Assembly: GCA_027002475.1 (NCBI GenBank)
Contig: JALWZS010000030.1
Location: 54,827 to 118,826, forward strand
Direction of reading: 5' to 3'
Length of the DNA stretch: 64,000 nucleotides
From: a bacterium
GTDB lineage: Bacteria > Patescibacteriota > 4484-211 > GCA-002791395
The notes under the pieces were generated by a model. The model was not told where the DNA came from, searched no databases, and was given only the letters and a program-made list of their open reading frames with translations. Below are positions 17,970-27,933 of the stretch, piece by piece. Position 1 is the first letter of the stretch. Each line of letters opens with the position of its first letter. A program made the translations under genes and the position numbers.

Positions 17970-19415
17970 CTCTGAGATTGTGTTAGTTTGCAGCTCTTTA
18001 GATTTTGGAATAATCCTTTCACGAGCAATCTTTTCTACAGAAAACCCGGCTAGCTGCAAAAGCATAGACAGCTCATCGGCGTTAGGGTAGTAGCGCAGTG
18101 CACCAAAACCATCATCATCTTCTTTGTATAATTGGTTGCCATGATGTTGAGCTTTTGCCCTAAAAAAGCCTGGCGGATTACTAGGGTGTTTGTAGTAATA
18201 CTCAGCTAACATACTTGCATACGGTTCATCTTTTGGGTTCGGGACTTCAATATATAGCACACCGCCCTTAGGTAGTGTGTTATATAAATGATTTAGGGTC
18301 CGCAGCATTTGGTCTGGCCCTCCAATAAAGTTAAGTGTATTCCATGCGAGAATTATCATTTCAGGTTGATTCGCCATAGCGTGTAGAGAGCGTTTATCAA
18401 GTTCTTGAATACCCATTTCAATCGGATGAAAACGGGTTAAAGCCTGCTCTACCTCATTTGATTGCAATAATTGCTCTGTATCAATCTCTAGCTCGGGGGC
18501 TACTCTTAGGAATTCATCTACAAGAGAATCGTCTGGAATGGCTCTTTTGGTTAATGCGGTAGTTGCCTCTTGCAACCGCTTCACTGCTGAGTCTAACCTA
18601 GTAGTAGCTGCATCGATGCCAATGACATTAAATCCAAGCAAAACGAGAGGTATCGCTATTCTCCCTTCACCAACTCCAGCCTCAAGAATATACCTTGGAA
18701 GATGCCCTGTCTTTTCATTAAACATGCGTATCCCTTCTAACACGTAAGTTAGTGACAACCTTAAGTCAGCGGATATCCGTTCAAGACTCCTTAGATTTAC
18801 ATGTTCTTGCCTGCGTTTTAATTGTTCGACCAATTCTTCGGTTTGAGCTGGAAAACGTGAGCGATTAAACGCGGCATCTTTAGCGGCTAGAAGATGAGGT
18901 TGAATATTGTCTTGTGAAGTTATTACACTATCAATCCCACCAATACTTCGAAGTTTTGCGGCAAGTTCATCATCTGTTGTTCGGACAATGAAGTAAGGGA
19001 TTTGCTTTGCTGTAACATTGTCTATGGCTTTTTGCACTTCATCTATGGAGTGCCCTTGTTGAATAAGATCATTTTCTATGGTGGCTTTGTCGTTGCCATC
19101 TGTTGCGGCTACTGCAAGGGCTGATTTCACTCGCAGTATACCTGTCAGATGAGGAAAATCTTCTTCGGATTCAACGTCTACTATTACTATATGAGTTATT
19201 TGTTCTTCTGCTAGTCTAGATATCAATTGTTGCGGAATCTCACTAACTGTAAGAATATCAACATCAGCTACCAAGTCATGTGCAGTTTCTGTAAGTGTGG
19301 GATCGGTTGCAAGAATATTGACAGGGAAGTTGCGTAAGGTCTCAGTAAATGTGGGTAATTTTTCGCGGTGTTCTTTGCCTATCAAACGCCTATGGCTAGT
19401 GCTGGCCTTTGTCAT
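17943..19415 (-). CDS. Two-domain protein (paralogue P2), an N-domain plus a class-I SAM methyltransferase domain, like 14082-15569
   Basis: Motif I ILEAGVGEGRIAIPLVLLGFNVIGIDAA. MIILAWNTLNFIGG...LPKGGVLYIEVPNPKD. Confidence 0.65.
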   Translation of the reverse strand: MTKASTSHRRLIGKEHREKLPTFTETLRNFPVNILATDPTLTETAHDLVADVDILTVSEIPQQLISRLAEEQITHIVIVDVESEEDFPHLTGILRVKSALAVAATDGNDKATIENDLIQQGHSIDEVQKAIDNVTAKQIPYFIVRTTDDELAAKLRSIGGIDSVITSQDNIQPHLLAAKDAAFNRSRFPAQTEELVEQLKRRQEHVNLRSLERISADLRLSLTYVLEGIRMFNEKTGHLPRYILEAGVGEGRIAIPLVLLGFNVIGIDAATTRLDSAVKRLQEATTALTKRAIPDDSLVDEFLRVAPELEIDTEQLLQSNEVEQALTRFHPIEMGIQELDKRSLHAMANQPEMIILAWNTLNFIGGPDQMLRTLNHLYNTLPKGGVLYIEVPNPKDEPYASMLAEYYYKHPSNPPGFFRAKAQHHGNQLYKEDDDGFGALRYYPNADELSMLLQLAGFSVEKIARERIIPKSKELQTNTISELFIIATRQ

Positions 19416-19452
19416 GTATCATTATCCTAGCACATCTGGGCGAATAAGGGGG

Positions 19453-21201
19453 TTATTTAATCAACCCTTCGGTTTGGAGTTTCCAGAGTTTTTGATAGTG
19501 GCTACTGTTTTTAACCAATTCTTGATGGGTTCCTTCTTCAACGATTTTACCTCTATCTAACACAATAATTCTATCTGCACGCTGAATCGTTGAAAGCCTA
19601 TGTGCAATTATGATTGTTGTCTTACCCTTTCTTACTTTCCAGAATGCATCCTGAATTAACTTTTCAGACTCAGAATCTAAGTTGCTCGTCGCTTCGTCGA
19701 AAATGATTATATTTGGTTGACTTAAAATCATTCGTGCAATTGCTAATCTTTGACGTTGTCCTCCAGAAAGCTTAATGCCTCGCTCTCCAACCATTGTGTT
19801 ATATCCATCGGGAAGCGACTCAATGAATTTGTCGAGATGCGCCATTTTAGCAGCCGCCTTAATCATCTGCTTTGTAGGACGGTTTAGACCATACCCGATG
19901 TTATATGCAATCGTGTTGTTAAATAGTATTGGCTCTTGTGGAACGACACCCATAAAATGCCGTAAGTATTGTTTTTTCATTTCGCGTATATCAATTCCAT
20001 CAAGACTAATTATTCCTTCCTGTGGGTCATAAAATCTAAGAAGCAATTTCGTGATAGTGGTTTTCCCGGATCCTGAGCGACCTACAAGGGCGACTGCCTC
20101 ACCTGGTTTTATATCAAGATTAATATTGCGTAGCGCTTTGTTCTCGTTATCGTTATAGCTAAAAGACACGTTTTTAAACTCAATCTCACCGCGTATGTTT
20201 TTAATCCTTTTTGGTTTAACTGGATCTGGGACTTTGGTTTCCTCGTCGAGAAGAGCAAAGAACTTTTTTATATCTGCATAGTTTTTGGCAATGTTTCTTA
20301 ATCTGTAAAAGAGCCTGCGAACTTGACCAAAGAACCTATTTAAAAATACAAGAATTAACGCGAACTGCCCGGTGCTAATCGTACCGTGTTTAAGGTCTGA
20401 TATAAGAAGTACCATAATAACAGCATATCCCGTAAAGTTTAATGCAGTATTAATTAGGTCAACAAATCTAAAAGAGTACGAAAAGCTCCATATTTTTCTA
20501 TACCAATCCTTAAATGTGTTTGTGAGATTTCGTAGTTCACTGTCTTCTTGGGCGAATAATTTGACGGTATCGTAATTAAGCCAATTCTCGGTGATGATGC
20601 CAGAGACTTTATCGTCCGCATTAACAAAATCTACTCGTCTTGAAATGTTTAGAGGAATCAAGAAACGCATTGCGATAAGGTTGATGACAAGTAGGATGAG
20701 TGTAACAAGCGTGTATTTAGGATTAACCATCCAATATGAAACTAGTAGGATGCCAAATAGTATTATTAAACGATAAATTTCTTGTAAGACTTCAGTGATG
20801 GAAAAAAATGCTCCAGAGCCACGCTTAAAAGCGCTAATTAAAGCCCCAGTGTTTTTCTCTGTGTGGAATGCGAAATCAAGATCTTGTACATGCTTAAATA
20901 TCTTTAGAGTTACATCTCTGGAGCTTCGAATAATAAATTTATCATGAGCGAGCCATATAAGAACGTCTAAGATGTTATCCATAAAGATGATGAAAAGGAA
21001 GGCTATCGTTAGGGGGATTAAGTTTGAGAATTTTCCGGCATTGATGTTATCAATGTAAAATTGGAAAAAGTAAGGGTAAAGACTTGTTGTTATCGCAATA
21101 AGTGTTACCAAAAAGAAGGTTAGAAACACCCAGAATTTATACTTCATATGGAAAGAGAAGAGTTGTTTTAGGGTTTGTAGCATAGATTTCACATAATACA
21201 T
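19453..21201 (-). CDS. ABC exporter, fused permease-ATPase (MsbA/MdlB type)
   Basis: Six-TM N-half. GRSGSGKTT, LSGGQRQRLAIAR, IIIFDEATSNLD. Confidence 0.9.
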   Translation of the reverse strand: MYYVKSMLQTLKQLFSFHMKYKFWVFLTFFLVTLIAITTSLYPYFFQFYIDNINAGKFSNLIPLTIAFLFIIFMDNILDVLIWLAHDKFIIRSSRDVTLKIFKHVQDLDFAFHTEKNTGALISAFKRGSGAFFSITEVLQEIYRLIILFGILLVSYWMVNPKYTLVTLILLVINLIAMRFLIPLNISRRVDFVNADDKVSGIITENWLNYDTVKLFAQEDSELRNLTNTFKDWYRKIWSFSYSFRFVDLINTALNFTGYAVIMVLLISDLKHGTISTGQFALILVFLNRFFGQVRRLFYRLRNIAKNYADIKKFFALLDEETKVPDPVKPKRIKNIRGEIEFKNVSFSYNDNENKALRNINLDIKPGEAVALVGRSGSGKTTITKLLLRFYDPQEGIISLDGIDIREMKKQYLRHFMGVVPQEPILFNNTIAYNIGYGLNRPTKQMIKAAAKMAHLDKFIESLPDGYNTMVGERGIKLSGGQRQRLAIARMILSQPNIIIFDEATSNLDSESEKLIQDAFWKVRKGKTTIIIAHRLSTIQRADRIIVLDRGKIVEEGTHQELVKNSSHYQKLWKLQTEGLIK

Positions 21202-21281
21202 GGGTTTTTGTTCGCTGTAAAGCGTTATTCGTCTACTCTCAAAACATGGTGTAAAATCTTTGTTAGAATACACTAACTTGT

Positions 21282-21358
21282 GGGCCCATAGCTCAGTTGG
21301 CTAGAGCGCCACGCTGGCAGCGTGGAGGTCAGGGGTTCAAATCCCCTTGGGTCCACCA
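21282..21358 (+). tRNA. tRNA-Ala (anticodon GGC), CCA encoded
   Basis: Cloverleaf with a G3:U70 pair and anticodon loop CTGGCAG. A terminator-like hairpin GCCGAACTGTTTCGGC follows. Confidence 0.9.
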
Positions 21359-21547
21359 TTACTTAGTGGAGCCGAACTGTTTCGGCAGGTACAGGGTATC
21401 GTTAGCTATTGGCAGGTTTTTGTGTTTAAGAGCTTGGTTTTTAAGTCCGCAGGATGGTTTTAATTCTTTGTGTTTTGGTTAAATATGCCGCTGTCTCTTG
21501 TTGTGGTGCGTTGTAGCTTTAGGTAGTGTATGTAAGTATCTCTGGCG

Positions 21548-22348
21548 TTAGCCAATAATTTTGTATTCTTCTCCTATGGAGTTGACCCAGTCTCTATAAA
21601 GCCGTTCGAGTTTGGTTGTTGTTTCCCTAGGTGATAGTGTTTTGTATTCATTTATACCCATTGCCTCAGAGAAATACACTTTGATTGTTGGGAAAAACCT
21701 TCTAACTCCAGGAATTAACCGCCAAATATCTTTTGGACCAGTACCTGATATAAAGGAAAATACGATATTTATATCTTGATTTGGAGTGGTTTGGTTTATC
21801 ACGTGTCCAACGCCCGGGTACCAGTGACCATCTTTGCTGTGTCTATCTGGGAAAATAATAACAAGAGCCCCCTTGGAAAGTCGTTTAGCAGCCAAGGCGA
21901 TGCTCTGCCGGTTTTTTGTTCGACTAACATCTTCGGTTTCCGTTTCCATCGTATTTAATTTATCGAGCTTTCTTCGAAGCCATGTACTTCGATAGCCGTT
22001 ACTTTTTTTGTGAGAGACGTATACTGGAATGAAATTAGATTTCGCAGAAGGCACTAGGTTTAATAGGTTCACATTGGCAATTAATTGAATGTCTTTGCGG
22101 TTTGGCAGGGAGGCTATGAGAGTTAGTACCTCTATCTCAAATGGGTGATTTGCCACAATTAGAGTAGGGGCTTTTTCTAAAACAGCTCTTGTTTTCTCGT
22201 TAGGAATAATGGTGTTGATTTTTGTGCCTGTTTTAGCGGCAAGATCTTTTAATGCGGCAGGCCAACTATGTTTATTAGCATACTCCTCGAGTTCTAAAAT
22301 CCTTTTACGTAATTCTGGAATTTTATGTATAGGGCTTTTCCTTTGCAT
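21548..22348 (-). CDS. Lysophospholipid (PlsC-like) acyltransferase
   Basis: VANHPFEIE (NHxxxxE/D motif I) and IFPDRHSKDG (FPEGTR-like). Confidence 0.55.
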   Translation of the reverse strand: MQRKSPIHKIPELRKRILELEEYANKHSWPAALKDLAAKTGTKINTIIPNEKTRAVLEKAPTLIVANHPFEIEVLTLIASLPNRKDIQLIANVNLLNLVPSAKSNFIPVYVSHKKSNGYRSTWLRRKLDKLNTMETETEDVSRTKNRQSIALAAKRLSKGALVIIFPDRHSKDGHWYPGVGHVINQTTPNQDINIVFSFISGTGPKDIWRLIPGVRRFFPTIKVYFSEAMGINEYKTLSPRETTTKLERLYRDWVNSIGEEYKIIG

Positions 22349-22432
22349 GTTTCTACCAGAGTACTTTATCAAAAAATTAATAAAGTACACAATCTTCTTG
22401 TAACGTAGCCATTTAGCTAGTACAATTCGTTC

Positions 22433-25252
22433 ATGGAGACGAGGAAATATTCTCATCGAGAGATTGAGGCTAAGTGGTGGCAGAAGTGGCGAGACGAAAA
22501 GGTATATGAGGTCGATGTTCAAAATGCTAAAAAGCCTTTTTACAACCTTTGGATGTTTCCATATCCCTCTGGAGCGAGAATGCATGTAGGGCATGCTTAC
22601 GGCTCGACCGGTTCAGATGTATTTGGACGCTATAAGAGAATGCATGGATACGATGTTTTACAACCAATGGGGTTTGATGCCTTTGGTATTCACGGTGAAA
22701 ATTACGCAATCAAAGTTGGCGAGCATCCTTGGAAGCTAATGGAGGATTTATGTAACAGGTTTCGTGATGAGCAATTTTTGCGCATTGGTCATGGATACGA
22801 TTGGAGCAAAGAAGTACGTACTTACTGGCCGCAGTATTACAAGTGGACTCAGTGGATATTTTTGCAATTGTTTAAACATGGTTTAGCTGAAAAGAAAACA
22901 GCAAGAGTTAATTGGTGTCCAAGTTGTAAAACAGTTTTGGCAGATGAACAAGTGATTGGTGGGGCGTGTGAGCGTTGTCATACCGAGGTGGAGAAAAAAG
23001 AGTTGGAACAGTGGTTCTTTAAAATCACAAAGTTTGCACAAAAGTTATTAGACGATTTGGATGATATGGATTGGAGTCCACACATAAAAGAGCTTCAAAG
23101 GAATTGGATAGGACGTAGCGAGGGAGCTGAAATATCTTTTAAGGTTGCGGGATCTGATCATACAATTACAGTCTTTACCACTCGTCCTGATACTTTGCCA
23201 GGTGCCACTTTCCTTGTTCTAGCGCCTGAGTATAAGGGGCTAAGTGATTTAGTGGCGGAAAATAAGCGCGAAGAAATTGATGCGTATGTTAAGACTGCCA
23301 CAGCCAAAAGTACAATAGAACGGTCTGAAGCAAAAGAAAAAACGGGTGTATTTACAGGGAGTTATGCTATAAATCCAGTTACAAACGAAAAGATGCCTAT
23401 TTGGATTGCTGATTACGTTTTGTCTGACTATGGTACTGGAGCAATTATGGCGGTTCCTGCTCACGATGAAAGAGATTTTGAGTTTGCCGTGAAACATGGA
23501 TTGCCAATTCGTGAAGTTGTAAAGGAGGACGATTCATATGTTGGGTTTGTGTTGTCTGAATGGAGTAAAGATTTTGGTGCATTTGTTAATCGTCTTAAGG
23601 ATTTAAACGTTAACTTCCTTGAATTAGATGAGGATACTGCTGTTTTCTCTTTTGATAAATCGATTCTTAAAAAGATCGTTGACATTGCTAAGGACTATGT
23701 TGCCAAAGGTTCATGGCATGACTTTGTAGGCAGTGATTTAACTGTAGTATTTGAGGATGGTGAGGTCTATCATGTTCCTAAATATGAGGAGAACCCAAAG
23801 GTTTGGGCGCGAATGTGTACGCTTAATCCAGACCTTAAAGCTTCGTTTGGCGGCATTTGGGATATGTTGCTAGCATCTAAGTATCAAAACTATGGTAAGG
23901 TGTGTTTTACTGGAGATGGAATCAGTGTCAACTCAGAGTTACTAGATGGGCTTTCTACTGCTGATGCTAAAGGCAAGGTTATCGATTGGCTTGAGCAAAA
24001 AGGCTTAGGTAAAAAAAGCATTACCCTTAAATTAAGGGACTGGCTGATTTCAAGGCAGCGCTACTGGAGTGCGCCTATTCCAGTCGTATATTGTGATAAA
24101 TGTGGAGTAGTACCGGTTAATGAAGAAGACTTGCCGGTAAAGCTACCTTACGTAGAGGACTGGAAGCCAAAAGGTGATGGAAAGGGACCGTTAGCAAATA
24201 TTCCAGAATTTGTTAATACAACGTGTCCAAAGTGTGGTGGTCCAGCACAGCGAGAGACTGACACGTTAGATAATTTCTTAGATAGTGCATGGTATTTCTT
24301 TAGATATCCATTTGTTAAGCGCAATGATGTGCCTTTTGCAGGTCCAGGAGTTAATGATGCAGATAACGCTAAGCCAGACTCTAATGCGTTTAAGAGGTGG
24401 CTCCCAGTTGATTTATACCTTGGTGGTGCAGAACACGCAGTCTTGCACCTAATGTACACCAGATTTATAACAATGGCGTTTAAAGAGATGGGATTCATTG
24501 ATTTTGATGAACCATTCAAGAAGTTTTTTGCCCACGGAATGATAATTAAAGACGGTAAAAAGATGAGCAAGAGTCTTGGAAATATCATTAATCCTGATGA
24601 GTACATTGATATGGTTGGTGCAGATGTGCTTAGGACGTATCTTATGTTCTTGGGACCTTTGGCTCAAGGCGGCGACTTTAGTGACAGTGGTATGAGTGGA
24701 ATTGTTCGGTTTAAAAATAAGATAATTGATCTTGTACGAAAATCGCAGGAGGTAAAAGAAAGTGATAAAAACTTGGAGTCAAAGCTACATAAAACTATTA
24801 AAAAAGTAAATGATTCGATTGAATCTTTTAAATACAACACTGCAATAAGTGCGTTAATGGAGCTTTCTAATGAATGGGCAAAAGGTCAATTATCAAAAAC
24901 CGATGCCGAAAAAGCCCTAAAGCTGCTTGCTCCGTTTATGCCTTTTATCACAGAAGAATTGTGGCAAGAGTTTTACGCTGATAAAAACTCAGAGACGTTT
25001 GTCACTATACATAAGCAACCTTGGCCGGAGTATGATGAGTCTAAGGTGATTGAAGAGGCAATTAAACTACCTGTACAAATCAACGGTAAATTAAGGGCAA
25101 CAATCATTATTGATCCTGAGGTTGTGGGAGATGAGGACAAGATTATTAAGTTGGCTAAGGATAACGAGGTAGTTTCTCGTTTTTTGGCGGATAAGGAGAT
25201 AATTAAGACTATTTATGTGAGTGGACGTATCTTAAACTTTGTTGTAAGCTAA
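22433..25252 (+). CDS. leuS: Leucyl-tRNA synthetase
   Basis: PYPSGARMHVGHAY (HIGH region), KMSKSLGN, and an editing-domain insertion. Confidence 0.95.
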   Translation: METRKYSHREIEAKWWQKWRDEKVYEVDVQNAKKPFYNLWMFPYPSGARMHVGHAYGSTGSDVFGRYKRMHGYDVLQPMGFDAFGIHGENYAIKVGEHPWKLMEDLCNRFRDEQFLRIGHGYDWSKEVRTYWPQYYKWTQWIFLQLFKHGLAEKKTARVNWCPSCKTVLADEQVIGGACERCHTEVEKKELEQWFFKITKFAQKLLDDLDDMDWSPHIKELQRNWIGRSEGAEISFKVAGSDHTITVFTTRPDTLPGATFLVLAPEYKGLSDLVAENKREEIDAYVKTATAKSTIERSEAKEKTGVFTGSYAINPVTNEKMPIWIADYVLSDYGTGAIMAVPAHDERDFEFAVKHGLPIREVVKEDDSYVGFVLSEWSKDFGAFVNRLKDLNVNFLELDEDTAVFSFDKSILKKIVDIAKDYVAKGSWHDFVGSDLTVVFEDGEVYHVPKYEENPKVWARMCTLNPDLKASFGGIWDMLLASKYQNYGKVCFTGDGISVNSELLDGLSTADAKGKVIDWLEQKGLGKKSITLKLRDWLISRQRYWSAPIPVVYCDKCGVVPVNEEDLPVKLPYVEDWKPKGDGKGPLANIPEFVNTTCPKCGGPAQRETDTLDNFLDSAWYFFRYPFVKRNDVPFAGPGVNDADNAKPDSNAFKRWLPVDLYLGGAEHAVLHLMYTRFITMAFKEMGFIDFDEPFKKFFAHGMIIKDGKKMSKSLGNIINPDEYIDMVGADVLRTYLMFLGPLAQGGDFSDSGMSGIVRFKNKIIDLVRKSQEVKESDKNLESKLHKTIKKVNDSIESFKYNTAISALMELSNEWAKGQLSKTDAEKALKLLAPFMPFITEELWQEFYADKNSETFVTIHKQPWPEYDESKVIEEAIKLPVQINGKLRATIIIDPEVVGDEDKIIKLAKDNEVVSRFLADKEIIKTIYVSGRILNFVVS

Positions 25253-25267
25253 GTAGTAGATTTCAGG

Positions 25268-25921
25268 TTGTACGCATTACTACCGATGAAAACTCAGACA
25301 GATAACAAAGAAAACTATTTAGATAAAGGTTTATCCCTTTTTGTTCGCAAGTACAGGTACGAGTTAATTGCTAGCTTTAGTTTGGTTGCTTTAATTCTTG
25401 GTATTACTGTGGGGGCAATTTTTTTCAAACAAGCGCAATCAAAAGTTGTTCTTAAAACAACTAGTGAAAGCGCCCAATCTTTAAATAAAGAGCGTGTGGT
25501 TTACGTAGACATTGCTGGTGCGGTCAAGTCTCCTGGACTATACAGTTTTACCTCAAGTAATGCACGGATAAAATATGCTATAGAAAGGGCTGGTGGATTA
25601 ACCAAATCGGCTGATCTTACGTGGATTAACAGATATATAAATATGGCCGAACTTCTGGTTGATGGGCAAAAGCTTTATATTCCAAGCGTTGGCGATAAGC
25701 AAGAGACCGGTAATGCGGGCAGTAAGAGTACCGAGGGGGCAAAGATAAACATCAATCACGCAACGAAGGCACAATTAAAAAGCCTTCCCGGCATTGGAGA
25801 TGTTTACGCGCAGAGGATTATCGACAATCGACCGTATCAAAAGCCAAGTGATCTACTAAAGGTATCTGGTATTGGCTCAAAGACCTATTCTAAAATAAAG
25901 GACTTAATCGAAGCGCCATGA
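25268..25921 (+). CDS. comEA: Competence protein ComEA (membrane-anchored HhH DNA-binding protein)
   Basis: TM anchor, SLBB-like segment, and C-terminal tandem HhH KININHATKAQLKSLPGIGDVYAQRIIDNRPY. Confidence 0.85.
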   Translation: MYALLPMKTQTDNKENYLDKGLSLFVRKYRYELIASFSLVALILGITVGAIFFKQAQSKVVLKTTSESAQSLNKERVVYVDIAGAVKSPGLYSFTSSNARIKYAIERAGGLTKSADLTWINRYINMAELLVDGQKLYIPSVGDKQETGNAGSKSTEGAKININHATKAQLKSLPGIGDVYAQRIIDNRPYQKPSDLLKVSGIGSKTYSKIKDLIEAP

Positions 25922-27051
25922 CGGCTAAATGGGGCATCGCTGGCACTGCTAGGGTTGGGTTGATAGTACTGCTATTTTTTATTATAGGTGTGGCGCGTAG
26001 TTATGTGAACACCTTTTTTACTGCGTTACCGGAACCGGTGACTACCACGAAAGTGCTTGTTGGGTATGTTAAGGAAGTTAAGGTTGCAGGTGGAAAACAG
26101 TTCCTTACGTTGACTTCTTTGCATGCAAGGTACAATGATGTGAACTTAATTACGTCAAGTTATCCCAGATATAAATTGGGACAAGTACTTGAGGTTAGGG
26201 GAGATTTCAACGGTAAAAGGTTTGTTTTTCCGGATATACGTGTAGGGTGCGCTAAAAAGGTGCCATTAAACGTGTGGATACTGAGGGTGCGCCAAAGCAT
26301 TATCGATAAGGCCGCCCATGTGCTACCCCAACCGTATTTAGGCATTGTAATGGGGGTAGTCTTTGGGATAAAAGATGCTTTACTAGAATCTACGAACGAT
26401 TTGTTTAGAGATGCTGGTATTATTCACATGCTGGTAGCGTCGGGGTATAACATTAGTGTTTTGATTGCGTTTGTGTCTTCAGCTACCTCCTTTTTGACGA
26501 GGCGACTTAGAATGCTCGTTATCTTAGCATTTGTTTTCTTTTACGCAGCGTTAAGCGGGTTTGAGCCGCCAATAATTAGGGCTAGCATAATGGGTGGCGC
26601 AACTCTTTTGGCGATGTCTGTAGGACGCCAAAAACTCTCATTTATATGGTTGATATATAGTGCTATCTTAATGCTATTGGTATCTCCCACAATACTTTCT
26701 TCGGTGTCTTTTCAACTTTCTTTTGCGGCAACGCTGGCTATTATTTTATTTAATACCCGTTTGGAAAAGCTGCTAGTGCTAATACCATCTGTTATTCGAA
26801 CAGATCTTGCGACTACAATTTCGGCTCAACTTCTAACTACCCCGATAATCTGGTGGTATTTCGGCAGGATACAACCGCTTTCTATATTAATAAATTCGCT
26901 GGTCTTGTGGTCTGTTCCCATAGTTATGCTATTTGGGGCTTTATGTGTAGGCATATCGTATGTATACATGCCGATTGCCAAACTGTTTGCACTTGTAGCG
27001 GTAATGCTGATTGATTATGTACTTGCCATTGCTAGGGGACTATCTTTTTAA
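25918..27051 (+). CDS. comEC: ComEC/Rec2 N-terminal part (DUF4131 + competence membrane domain). It ends in a T5A4 tract.
   Basis: Polytopic membrane protein. Pairs with the following MBL-domain ORF in the +1 frame. Confidence 0.75.
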   Translation: MTAKWGIAGTARVGLIVLLFFIIGVARSYVNTFFTALPEPVTTTKVLVGYVKEVKVAGGKQFLTLTSLHARYNDVNLITSSYPRYKLGQVLEVRGDFNGKRFVFPDIRVGCAKKVPLNVWILRVRQSIIDKAAHVLPQPYLGIVMGVVFGIKDALLESTNDLFRDAGIIHMLVASGYNISVLIAFVSSATSFLTRRLRMLVILAFVFFYAALSGFEPPIIRASIMGGATLLAMSVGRQKLSFIWLIYSAILMLLVSPTILSSVSFQLSFAATLAIILFNTRLEKLLVLIPSVIRTDLATTISAQLLTTPIIWWYFGRIQPLSILINSLVLWSVPIVMLFGALCVGISYVYMPIAKLFALVAVMLIDYVLAIARGLSF

Positions 27052-27910
27052 AAGAAAAAAGATACAAAGGATTGCTTTACTGGGTGTATTATTTGCCGCG
27101 TCATTTCTAGCATGGTTGCTGTACCGAACGGTGCGGTTTAATAACTCTATAACTTTTCTTAATGTTGGTGAAGGAGATTCTATTTTGCTAGTTACACAAA
27201 ACGGTAAATCGGTGTTGGTTGACGGGGGGCCTAGTGAAGAGGTTTTGGCTGGGTTAGGGCAGGTTTTACCTCCATTATCTAATAATATCGATGTGGTAAT
27301 CGCGACGCATTTGCATGCAGATCATATCACTGGTTTGCTTTCGGTTTTGCTTCGCTACCGTGTGGGTTTGCTGTTACTACCCGCACGGCAATATGATTCT
27401 CCGGTAGCTCAAGGCTTAACTGCTTTGGCAAATAAACGCAATATAGCAACACGTTTTATTCATAGGGGAGATTCGATTAAGGTCGATGACGTAAATATCT
27501 TAACTGTATGGCCTGATATGACCCGCGATTTGTCTGAAAACATCAACGCCTCGGCGCTAATGTTTTTGGTGCAGTCTGGCGTGTTTAGGGCGCTACTTAC
27601 AAGTGACGTGGAGCTTGGCTGTAATACGGCTACCGTGCTTAAAGAGTACGTTAAAGAAATTGGAGAAGTAGATGTGTTAAAAGTTCCACACCAAGGAAGT
27701 GCTAGTTCTTTATGCGAGGATGCTCTTATGGACTTATCGCCTACAATTGCGGTAATTCCAGTTGGCAAAAATAGCTATGGGCACCCTGCTCCTAATACGC
27801 TGGAGTTGCTAGAGGCGCTTGGTGTGTATATAGTTAGAACAGATTTAGATGGCAACACGACTATTTGGTGGAAGCTTGGTAGTCGTGATTGGACTATGTC
27901 ACACTGGTAA
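27011..27910 (+). CDS. comEC: ComEC/Rec2 C-terminal metallo-beta-lactamase domain part
   Basis: HLHADHITGL (HxHxDH). Overlaps the upstream comEC part by 41 bp in another frame. Confidence 0.75.
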   Translation: MIMYLPLLGDYLFKRKKIQRIALLGVLFAASFLAWLLYRTVRFNNSITFLNVGEGDSILLVTQNGKSVLVDGGPSEEVLAGLGQVLPPLSNNIDVVIATHLHADHITGLLSVLLRYRVGLLLLPARQYDSPVAQGLTALANKRNIATRFIHRGDSIKVDDVNILTVWPDMTRDLSENINASALMFLVQSGVFRALLTSDVELGCNTATVLKEYVKEIGEVDVLKVPHQGSASSLCEDALMDLSPTIAVIPVGKNSYGHPAPNTLELLEALGVYIVRTDLDGNTTIWWKLGSRDWTMSHW

Positions 27911-27933
27911 CACAATGTATCATAATATTACAT

